Below are positions 37,580 through 48,582 of a stretch of 64,000 nt of DNA, in pieces; within the stretch, counting starts at the first letter, position 1; the number at the start of each line of letters is the position of its first letter. Where the stretch lies: positions 7,896-71,895 of the forward strand of contig JBHHYZ010000007.1 of assembly GCA_046757845.1 (NCBI GenBank), written 5' to 3'. The DNA is from Gemmatimonadota bacterium (lineage in GTDB: Bacteria > Gemmatimonadota > Gemmatimonadetes > Palauibacterales > Palauibacteraceae). A model generated the notes under the pieces. It made no database searches. It saw only the letters and a list, made by a program, of their open reading frames with translations, and was not told the origin of the DNA. The position numbers and the translations under genes are program-made.

Positions 37580-38986
37580 GTGAGCCGGCCGGCGGGGCGC
37601 GAGACGTTCGGCTCCCGCTTCGGCCTCATCATGGTCATGATCGGCGTGGCGGCCGGCCTGGGTAACATCTGGCGCTTCCCATACATGGTGGGCCGATTCG
37701 GCGGCGCCGCGTTCGTGCTCGTGTACGTGACGGCGGTGCTGGCCATCGGCGTTCCCGCCCTGATGGCCGAATGGGCACTGGGCCGCCACACGCGGCGCGG
37801 CCCGGTGGGCGCGTTCGAGCGGGCCGGGCTTCCGCTGGGCCAGCCCATCGGGTGGTTCTTCTTCTGCGTGGTCGTGGCGGCCACCGGCTACTACACGGCG
37901 GTGATCGGTTGGGTGTTGTTCCACGCCGTGGCGCTGGCGGCCGGAGGGCTCGGAGTACCGGTTCAGGCCTCGGCGATCCTCCCGCCGGCCACCGGCTTCG
38001 CCGCGCGCTCCTTCGCCCTGCAGGCCGGGGCCACCGGGCTGGTGATCCTCTCGTGCGTCACGGTCCTGCTGCGGGGCCTCAGGTCCGGCATCGAGGCGGC
38101 GAGCAAGGTGATCACTCCCGCCCTGTTCCTCACGCTGCTGGTCCTGATCGTGCGCTCCACGACGCTGCCGGGCTCGTTCGAGGGGATCCACTGGTATCTG
38201 CTCAAGTTCGAGCTGGCGGATCTCTCGCCGCGCGTGATCCTGGCCGGGCTGGGCCAGGCGGTGTTCTCGCTCTCGCTGGGCGGCACGTTCATGGTGATCT
38301 ACGGATCCTATCTCCGGCCCGAGGACGATCTCGCGTCGGGCGCCCTGTTCACCGCGTTCGGCGATACGGCGGTCGGCCTCCTGGCGGGGCTGGTGATCTT
38401 CCCGGCGGTGTTCGCGCAGGGCCTGGAACCCACCAGCGGGCCGGGACTCCTGTTCGCAACCCTGCCCGGCGTTTTCGCCTCCATTCCGGCCGGCGCGCTG
38501 TTCGGGATCCTCTTCTTCGGCGCTCTGTTCGGCGCGGCCTACCTGTCGGATGTCGCCGCGTTCGAGGTCCTGGTGGCGGGCCTCACCGACAACCTCCGGA
38601 TGGGGCGAAAGCGCGCCGTCTGGCTGATGGCGGGCCTCGTCTTCCTGCTCTCTCTCCCGCCCACCCTGAACATGAAGGTGTTCGTTCCATGGGACCTGAC
38701 ATTCGGCTCCGGGATGCAGACCCTCGGCGTCCTGCTCGCGGTCCTCACGGCGGGCTGGGCGCTCCGCCGGGCCGACGCTCTGCGCGAGCTCGCCCCGAGG
38801 AGCGCGGCTCGCCGGGGGGAGGCGCATTCGGCGGCCGAGGAGTCCGAGCCGGGGCACTCTGAGCCTCCGCCGGCACTCACCCGGGCGCTCTACTACTGGC
38901 TCCGCTTCGTCGTGCCCGGGGCCATCCTGGCCGTCGGAATCTGGTGGCTCCTCACCGACGTTCTGGGTGTATCTCGCGGCGTCTGA
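37580..38986 (+). CDS. neurotransmitter:sodium symporter (NSS/SNF) family transporter
   Basis: 468 aa. TM1 signature GSRFGLIMVMIGVAAGLGNIWRFPYMVGRFGGAAF. Confidence 0.9.
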   Translation: MSRPAGRETFGSRFGLIMVMIGVAAGLGNIWRFPYMVGRFGGAAFVLVYVTAVLAIGVPALMAEWALGRHTRRGPVGAFERAGLPLGQPIGWFFFCVVVAATGYYTAVIGWVLFHAVALAAGGLGVPVQASAILPPATGFAARSFALQAGATGLVILSCVTVLLRGLRSGIEAASKVITPALFLTLLVLIVRSTTLPGSFEGIHWYLLKFELADLSPRVILAGLGQAVFSLSLGGTFMVIYGSYLRPEDDLASGALFTAFGDTAVGLLAGLVIFPAVFAQGLEPTSGPGLLFATLPGVFASIPAGALFGILFFGALFGAAYLSDVAAFEVLVAGLTDNLRMGRKRAVWLMAGLVFLLSLPPTLNMKVFVPWDLTFGSGMQTLGVLLAVLTAGWALRRADALRELAPRSAARRGEAHSAAEESEPGHSEPPPALTRALYYWLRFVVPGAILAVGIWWLLTDVLGVSRGV

Positions 38987-39130
38987 CGCCTCCGCGCCGC
39001 CGGTCCGAAACATCGCCTGACGGCCAGCGTAAACGAACCCTGAATCCGGCGTGTTCTTCCTGCGGAGCGGGGGGCGCGCGGGATGCCGAACACGAAGAAA
39101 GGCGAGTAGAGGATCGCTGGCGAGTCGAGT

Positions 39131-42007
<2,877 letters not shown>

Positions 42008-42100
42008 CAGATCGCTAGGCGGATCGCCCCGCTCCCAGGCGACGCGCGCCCCGCGGTGCCGAGCGCCGATCGAGGCCCGACCATCGGGATCGGCACCGGG

Positions 42101-42505
42101 CTAGCGAATCCCGGTGTCGCACTCCAACGCGACGGAAGTCATCTCTCCCCGGCTCACCGTGGCCGCGACCGGTCCAGGCAAGCTCATCGCTCCCGGACAG
42201 ACCGTCACGCTCACCCGGTACTCGCCCGGATCCAACGCCAGGCTGGCCCGGCCATCGGCCCCGGAGTGCACTACCGCCCGGTCCGAACCGTCAGCCCGGC
42301 GGATCACCACCGTCGCCCCCTCCACGGGAGCGGAATCCGGCTGGCCCGGGGTGCCCACGGGCTGGATGGGGCCCTTGCGGATCTCCACGGAGAGTCCTGT
42401 GGAGGGATCGCTCCCCCCCAGCGTCTCCGAACAGGCCGCCAGTGAGATGAGCAGCCCGCCCGCCAGCCCCGCCACCAGCCCACAGGCCCATCGGGCATCT
42501 CGCAT
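42101..42505 (-). CDS. lipoprotein with carboxypeptidase-regulatory-like (Ig-like) domain
   Basis: 134 aa. Lipobox LISLAAC. Contains GATVVIRRADGSDRAVVHSGADGRASLALDPGEYRVSV. Confidence 0.6.
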   Translation of the reverse strand: MRDARWACGLVAGLAGGLLISLAACSETLGGSDPSTGLSVEIRKGPIQPVGTPGQPDSAPVEGATVVIRRADGSDRAVVHSGADGRASLALDPGEYRVSVTVCPGAMSLPGPVAATVSRGEMTSVALECDTGIR

Positions 42506-42517
42506 GGATGTCGTCTC

Positions 42518-45397
42518 TCAGCCGCCTTTCACCACCCGGAGGCCGCGGTACGCCGCGGCGGCGCCACCAGTCGTCGAACCGTCGCACCGTGGACGTTCGG
42601 CGCTCGCCCCCAGCGAGACGCCGGCGCCACTCCCGTCCACGGCCCATTCGGCCACATTGCCGCCCAGATCATACACGTGAGGCGCCGGGCCGCTCCCGTC
42701 TCCCGGATAGCTACCCACCTCGCGCAGCAGCGGCGCCGGGCCGGGGAGTCGGGCGATCGCGGCCTCGAGCCTCCCCCGATCCTCCGGGTTGGGCCGGTAG
42801 CCGGCCCAGTAGTCGAGCGTGATCCCGCCGCTCGCCCCCTTCATCCAGCCTTCCAGCTCCGTTCGACTGGGCAACCGATACGGCTGGCCCGTCCACTTCG
42901 CCAGCCACCGGACGTACGCCCGCGCTCGCTCGAACGAGATCCCGCTAGCCGGCCAGTTCTCCGTCCCCGGTTCGATGACGTACGCCGGGTCGAACTCGTG
43001 CCACTGCGCCCGGGTCACCTCGAACCGGCCCGGCTCGGGGCCGCCTTCCGAACCCCCGGCCGCCTCGGCGCCGGGGACCGTGACCGTCTCGGGTGCCAGC
43101 ACACCGGCGACCCGCATCCCGAACAAGCCCCCGGTCCGGATGGCCCGGCCGCGGGCCACGAGGCTCGCCAGCGGAGATCCCTCGTCGAGCGCCCGGTTGG
43201 CCGTGTCCGGCCGCCCCCACAGATACCGGTCCAGCCAGCGGAGCTCCTCTTCCACCTTGCGGCGCTGGTGCGGCGGCTTGCGAGGGCCGTGGGGCTCGCC
43301 CGGGAACAGGACGAAGCGCACCTCGGTGTGGCCCAGCTGCTGGAGCGCCCGATAGAGATTCCACCCCTGGCTGGGCGGCACGTTGCGGTCCTCGGTGCCG
43401 AAAAAGATGAGCGTAGGGGCGCGCATGCGGTCCAGCCGGAAGTAGGGGCTGAGCTCGATGTAGCGCTGCGGATCCTCCAGCGGGCTCGCCCCGAAGTAGT
43501 AGTTGTCGAACGACGCGCCGAAATCCACGTTGGCCCAGTCGGAGATCCACTCCACATCGCCCGCCCCGGCGATCAGCGCCCTGTAACGCTCCGGATCCTC
43601 CACGGCGAGCGCGATCGAGAGGATGGCTCCGTTGCTCCACCCCGCGGCCACGATGCTATCGGGGTGGAACAGCCCGCGCCGGACGAACTCGTCCACGCCG
43701 GCCTCGATGTCCGGAATCTCGAGCGAGTAATACCTGCCGTCGGAGATCGACTCCACCCACTCGAGCCCGTAGCAGCAGCTCCCGTGGTAGTTGATCCGAA
43801 ACACGAACGCGCCCTTCTGGTTGAACAGCACGTACGGATCGTGCCAGCCCTGAACCCAGGCGTCCCGGTCTCGGCTGGTGGGACCCCCGTGGGGGCTCAC
43901 CACGACCGGGTAGGCGCGCCCCGGACGGTAGTTCAACGGATAGTAGAGGATCCCCTCCACCTGGTCTCCGCGCGCGCCCTTCCACCGCACGACCTCCGTC
44001 CGAGGCATGGGCTTACCCGCCAATCCCGGGTTGAGCCGGGCCAGCCGGCGCGGCGGGCCGAGCGCCGTGCCGTCCAGCCGCGCGACGTACGGCTGCGGGG
44101 GAGTGTGCGCGTTCGAGGTCGTGTAGGCGATCACCCGGGCGTCCCGGGAGACTCTCCAGTTCTCGAGATGTCCGGCGTGATCTCCCTCCAGCGGCCGGGA
44201 GCGCCACGTGTCCCCGTGGCGCATGTACAGAGCCACCCGGTCGCGGACCCCGTCCGCCAGGGAGGCCAGGAAGCCGCCCGGGGTCACCTGGAAGCTCCGG
44301 GCCAGCCCGCGGTCCCAGCCCAGATCCACCGGGACGAAGCGGTCCGCCTCCAGGTCGTAGTAGGCCACCCGCGTCACGGTGGCCGTCCGGTAGATGGGAT
44401 GGCTGGAGTACGGGTACGACAGGTAGACTCCGGCTCCGTCCCGGGCCCATTCCATCCCCGAGGGCACGGTCCGCTCCGGCAGGTCGAGCGCCCGGCGCCG
44501 GCCGCTCTCCAGGTCTACCAGGAAGGTGCGCGGCGGGATCTTCTGGTCGTACTGGTAGCTGAGCGAGCGGCCGGCCCGCACCACCGCACGCCGGCCATCG
44601 GGCGACACCGCCAGCGCCTGGATCCAGTCCCGATTCCGGGTGAGGCGGCGCACGCCGCCCCGCATGGACACCGACCACAGCCGGGTGGGTGGCGAGTCCA
44701 GCGTGTCCTCCACCGCGACCGCGTCGTCCTTCGCATTGTGCCGCCGGATCTCGAACCGGCTGCGGGCTTCCCGGGCCACAAACACCAGGCTATCCGAGCT
44801 CGAGCCTTTCCAGACGAACGCGCCCAGACCACGCGCGCGGCGCGTCAGGGGCCACGGGTCTCCGCCCTGGAGTCTCAGGATCCACAGCTGCGGACCGGGC
44901 CTTTCCCCTCCCCCGCCCGAGCTCTCCGCTTGCTCCTCCTCGCCTTCCCCTCCGCCTCCCACGGGCGCCTGGCGATCGGAGATGAACGCGATCCACCGGC
45001 CATCCGGTGACCAGCGAGGGGCTCGGTTCGCATCCGAGCCCCGGGTGAGTGCCCAGGACTCGCCGTCCTCCACCCGGGTGAGCCACAGGTTGGACGCGAT
45101 GCGGTTCGTCTTCCGGTCCATCCGATAACGAACCCATACGATCCAGCGCCCGTCCGGAGAGAAGTCGAACGAGCCGGCGCGCTCCTGGTAGAGGAGGTCA
45201 CCGATGGTCCAGCGGCTCGAAGCAACGGGGCCGGACACGGCCTCCGCCTGTCCACGGACCCCGCCCGGCTGCTGACCGTACGCACCGGCCGGCGCCGCCG
45301 GCCCCGCGAACGCCGCGCCCGAGATCAGGCCGCCAAGGATCCCCCATGGAACCGCACCCGGTGTACGTCTCATCCTCATCCTCCGCGATGTCGTCAT
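42518..45397 (-). CDS. S9 family serine peptidase fused to a C-terminal FGE/SUMF1 (formylglycine-generating-enzyme-like) domain
   Basis: Trimmed to MTTSRRMRMRRTPG... with a signal-like segment. PD40 propeller (FSPDGRWIVW, WSPDGRWIAF, VSPDGRRAVV). Nucleophile elbow GWSNGA. Then a linker and RFEVTRAQWHEF...ISFERARAYVRWLAKWTGQPYRLPSRTELEGW...YDLGGNVAEWAVD...RGLRVVKGG. Confidence 0.8.
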   Translation of the reverse strand: MTTSRRMRMRRTPGAVPWGILGGLISGAAFAGPAAPAGAYGQQPGGVRGQAEAVSGPVASSRWTIGDLLYQERAGSFDFSPDGRWIVWVRYRMDRKTNRIASNLWLTRVEDGESWALTRGSDANRAPRWSPDGRWIAFISDRQAPVGGGGEGEEEQAESSGGGGERPGPQLWILRLQGGDPWPLTRRARGLGAFVWKGSSSDSLVFVAREARSRFEIRRHNAKDDAVAVEDTLDSPPTRLWSVSMRGGVRRLTRNRDWIQALAVSPDGRRAVVRAGRSLSYQYDQKIPPRTFLVDLESGRRRALDLPERTVPSGMEWARDGAGVYLSYPYSSHPIYRTATVTRVAYYDLEADRFVPVDLGWDRGLARSFQVTPGGFLASLADGVRDRVALYMRHGDTWRSRPLEGDHAGHLENWRVSRDARVIAYTTSNAHTPPQPYVARLDGTALGPPRRLARLNPGLAGKPMPRTEVVRWKGARGDQVEGILYYPLNYRPGRAYPVVVSPHGGPTSRDRDAWVQGWHDPYVLFNQKGAFVFRINYHGSCCYGLEWVESISDGRYYSLEIPDIEAGVDEFVRRGLFHPDSIVAAGWSNGAILSIALAVEDPERYRALIAGAGDVEWISDWANVDFGASFDNYYFGASPLEDPQRYIELSPYFRLDRMRAPTLIFFGTEDRNVPPSQGWNLYRALQQLGHTEVRFVLFPGEPHGPRKPPHQRRKVEEELRWLDRYLWGRPDTANRALDEGSPLASLVARGRAIRTGGLFGMRVAGVLAPETVTVPGAEAAGGSEGGPEPGRFEVTRAQWHEFDPAYVIEPGTENWPASGISFERARAYVRWLAKWTGQPYRLPSRTELEGWMKGASGGITLDYWAGYRPNPEDRGRLEAAIARLPGPAPLLREVGSYPGDGSGPAPHVYDLGGNVAEWAVDGSGAGVSLGASAERPRCDGSTTGGAAAAYRGLRVVKGG

Positions 45398-45444
45398 GTC
45401 CTCCCCGACCGGTAGGCCGGAGAGCCCGCAGGATGCCGCATCTC

Positions 45445-45912
45445 TCACTCGGAGAGCGCGCGAAACTGCTCGTCGGTTGCCGAGATGCCGAGCCACGTCT
45501 CCGCCGCCAGTTGCGCGATTCCCGCCAGGAGCAGGACGCAGCCAATGAGAGCGGCGCCGATGGCCAGCAAGCCCGATCCCTCGGCACCCAGGCCGGCCGC
45601 CCCAATCAGCAGCACGACCAGGATGAACAGGCCGCCCGACAGGTAGAGCGCCAGGAGCGCCCGGTGGGCGAAGCGCGCGCGGCGCCGGTGGCGGGCCGCC
45701 AGGGAGCGGAACCGGCCACGGTCCAGGCCGGAGCCATCCGGGTCCGAAAGCTCTCCCCTCTCGAGCCGCTCCTCGAGCTCTCTCAGGCGCTTCAGGATGG
45801 ACTGCAGACGCTGATTGGTGGACAGGATCAGCATGGCGTTGCCGAGCAGGAGCACCGCCGGCGTCGCCATCGAGGCGATCAGCTCGAACCCGTCTCGCGC
45901 GTTCGGGATCAC
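45445..45912 (-). CDS. DUF2721 family membrane protein
   Basis: GTG 45912 overlaps the upstream TGA as GTGA. Three TM segments plus LSTNQRLQSILKRLRELEERL are typical of DUF2721. The upstream part of ORF 45445..46494 is shadow. Confidence 0.65.
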   Translation of the reverse strand: MIPNARDGFELIASMATPAVLLLGNAMLILSTNQRLQSILKRLRELEERLERGELSDPDGSGLDRGRFRSLAARHRRRARFAHRALLALYLSGGLFILVVLLIGAAGLGAEGSGLLAIGAALIGCVLLLAGIAQLAAETWLGISATDEQFRALSE

Positions 45913-48575
45913 CTCGGGCCGCCGCCGGGCCGCACTCGCCGCGTCCCACGCCGAACCCGCATCAACTCGGCATCGAGATTCCGATAGCTCTGCATGGCGG
46001 CAGACTCCACGTTCGCCTTGTCCACGGCGGCCAGCGCCGCCCGATCCACATCCAGCGCGCCGCACGGTCCCCTGCCCCGGGCGGCTCTCCGGACGGAATC
46101 CGCCCGTTCGGCCCCGCCCGCCGGCGGACGCGCCGTGACGACCGATCGCGCCCCGTCGATCGCCTTGCGAAACAGCGCGATCGACTCCGTGTTCCGGCCG
46201 CGCTTCCAGGCGATATAGCCCTTCAGGTACAAGGCGTCCACACTTTGCTCGTTCACAGAGGTTACCGCGTCCAGCTCCTCGGTCGCCTCCTCCAGATCCC
46301 CTCGTAGCAGGGCCACCTGGCCCAGCCGAAGCAACGGCCCCGTCTCCTCGGAGTTGATCTCCCGGGCGCGCCGAAACTCCCTCTCCGCGCGCTCGAGATC
46401 CAGACCCTCCGGGTGGCTCGGGCACGCGTGCAGGCGCCCGAGCTGGAAATGGACCCGAGCGCTGCCCGGGTCCAGAGCCTCGAGCCTCTCCCACGCTTCC
46501 GCCGCCGCTCTGAAATCTCCGCGCTCCAGCTCCACGTTGCCCAGGTAGTAGAGCGCATCCTCGTGGGTGGAGTCCAGCGTCAGCGCCGCGGCGTATTCCC
46601 GCGCGGCCGTCTCCAGATCCCCCGCGATGCGCGCCCGCGAAGCCTCGCGGTAGCGCTGCCAGAACCTGCGCGTCCGTTCACGCGCCTCGAGGGACCCGCG
46701 CGACGAGACCGACGAGCCCGCCGAATCCGCGCTCCGCCCACCGCCAACCCCCGACGCCACCCGGGCCGGCCTCCCCTCGGCGATCTCCAGAATCCGATCG
46801 GTGGGTGGAGCGGGGACCACCTGCCGCAGACCGCTGGGCCACCGGATCACGAGCGAATCGACAGCCGCCCGGGCTCCGAGTCCGAAATGGACCACGGGGC
46901 TGTTCTGCGACAGATAAGAGCTCTGCACCCCGACTTCGCGCGTCTGGACGGAGCCGCCGGACAGCAGGTCGACTCTCGCGCCGAGCGCCGATCGGTTGCT
47001 CCGCGTCCCCCGCAGGCGCAGCTCCAGCCAGTGGCGTCCCGGGGCGCCCGAATTACGGAGCAGAACCCCAGGCCCCCCGTTGTTCACGATGAACACGTCC
47101 ACGGCCCCGTCGTTGTCGTAGTCGCCGAACGCTGCGCCCCGTCCCACGTACTGCCGGGAGAAGTACTCGCCGGCCACCGGCGAGAGGTCGTAGAAGCCCT
47201 CCTCGGGTCCCCGATTCCAGAACAGCTGATCGGACATCGGGATCAGGCGCTCCGGGTGCTCGGCCTCCTGGAAGGTGCTCCCGTTCACCACCAGGAGATC
47301 GACCCGCCCGTCGTTGTCGTAGTCGAAGAACGAAGTGCCCCACCCCACGAAGTCGAGTGCGATTTGGCCCAATCCGTAGCGGTCCGCCTCATCCATGAAC
47401 TGGAGCGTGTTGGGGGCGGGCGCCTCGAGTGACTCGAAGGCGGAGCGCAGCCTGTTGTCGTAGAACGCGTTCTCCTGGGCGATCCAGTGGGTGACGAACA
47501 GGTCGAGGTCGGAGTCCCCATTCCAGTCTCCCACCGCCAGCCCCATCGCGCCCCGGTAGTCCGCCACCCTCGTCAGATGGCTCACGTCCTCGAAGGTGCC
47601 GTCTCCCCGGTTTCGATACAGGGCGTTGTCGGACACGTCGTTGGCCACGTACAGGTCCGGCCACCCGTCCTGGTCGAAATCGGCCCACGCCGCGGACAGG
47701 CTTCGGCCCTCGGGGTCGCTCACGCCCGCCCGCCCGGCCACCTCCGTGAAGCGGCCGCCCCCCAAATTGTGGAACAAGAGGTTGCGCTCCGGCTCGAACG
47801 ACTCCGGATTCAGGCTGGGTGGGACCTCCACATCGTACTGCCGGCTCGTGGCCCCGCCGTCGAGGGTTTCGTACTTCACGTAGGCGGTCACGTAGAGGTC
47901 CGCCAACCCGTCCCGATCGTAGTCCGCCCACGCGGCCCCCGTCCAGAAGCCGCGAGGCCCGGACAGCCCGGCCTTCGCCGTGCGATCCGTGAACCGGCCG
48001 TCGCCTTCGTTGTGCAGGAGCGTGATCCCGCCGTACGAGGTGATCGCCAGATCCGGATGGCCGTCATTGTCGTAGTCCGTCCACGCGGCGGCCATTCCCC
48101 AGCCGCGCAGATCGATCCCGACGGCCTCGGTCACGTCGGTGAACCGGCCATCTCCTTCGTTGTGGTACAGGGTGGAGCGAGCCGGAGAGGACTTCGCCTG
48201 CGCGGGCCCGAGCGTGAGCGGCCCGACCTCGTTGACCACGAACAGGTCCAGCCAGCCGTCCCCGTCGTAGTCGCCCCACGCCGCGCCGGAGCCCATGTCC
48301 TCGGGAAGCTGATTGGAGCGCCGCCCCGAAAAGTGGCGGAAGCGGATCCCGGCGGCCTCGCTCACATCCTGGAACGTGACCCTCGGATAGTCCTCGGGAA
48401 GCGAGCGGGCCAGCTCGGAGGTGAGTCCCTCCACGTCCTCGCCGGGGCGGTAGGGCGCGGCCGGGGCCCGCAGGAGCCGCAGGCCGCCGATCACCGCCGC
48501 CAGGAACAGGGCGGTGAGCACGCCGCTGATGGCCAGCAGCCGCTTCCGCCGCGGCAGCCGGCTCCAGGCTCGCAC
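45909..48575 (-). CDS. CRTAC1-family protein: FG-GAP/VCBS repeats + ASPIC/UnbV domain + C-terminal TPR repeats
   Basis: 888 aa. N-terminal TM/signal, and repeated DYDGDGWLDLFV / DYDNDGHPDL / DFDQDGWPDLYV / DYDNDGRVDLLV / DYDNDGAVDVFI motifs. ASPIC-type RSNRSALGARV...SYLSQNSPVVHFGLG, then TPR-like helices. Confidence 0.85.
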   Translation of the reverse strand: MRAWSRLPRRKRLLAISGVLTALFLAAVIGGLRLLRAPAAPYRPGEDVEGLTSELARSLPEDYPRVTFQDVSEAAGIRFRHFSGRRSNQLPEDMGSGAAWGDYDGDGWLDLFVVNEVGPLTLGPAQAKSSPARSTLYHNEGDGRFTDVTEAVGIDLRGWGMAAAWTDYDNDGHPDLAITSYGGITLLHNEGDGRFTDRTAKAGLSGPRGFWTGAAWADYDRDGLADLYVTAYVKYETLDGGATSRQYDVEVPPSLNPESFEPERNLLFHNLGGGRFTEVAGRAGVSDPEGRSLSAAWADFDQDGWPDLYVANDVSDNALYRNRGDGTFEDVSHLTRVADYRGAMGLAVGDWNGDSDLDLFVTHWIAQENAFYDNRLRSAFESLEAPAPNTLQFMDEADRYGLGQIALDFVGWGTSFFDYDNDGRVDLLVVNGSTFQEAEHPERLIPMSDQLFWNRGPEEGFYDLSPVAGEYFSRQYVGRGAAFGDYDNDGAVDVFIVNNGGPGVLLRNSGAPGRHWLELRLRGTRSNRSALGARVDLLSGGSVQTREVGVQSSYLSQNSPVVHFGLGARAAVDSLVIRWPSGLRQVVPAPPTDRILEIAEGRPARVASGVGGGRSADSAGSSVSSRGSLEARERTRRFWQRYREASRARIAGDLETAAREYAAALTLDSTHEDALYYLGNVELERGDFRAAAEAWERLEALDPGSARVHFQLGRLHACPSHPEGLDLERAEREFRRAREINSEETGPLLRLGQVALLRGDLEEATEELDAVTSVNEQSVDALYLKGYIAWKRGRNTESIALFRKAIDGARSVVTARPPAGGAERADSVRRAARGRGPCGALDVDRAALAAVDKANVESAAMQSYRNLDAELMRVRRGTRRVRPGGGPR

Positions 48576-48582
48576 GGCGATC

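Noticed and set aside
42065-42094. Inverted repeat gccgatc...gatcggc between the convergent DUF5916 and lipoprotein genes, considered as a bidirectional terminator.
   Set aside because: Only a 7-bp stem with a 16-nt loop and no flanking T/A runs. Too weak to call.
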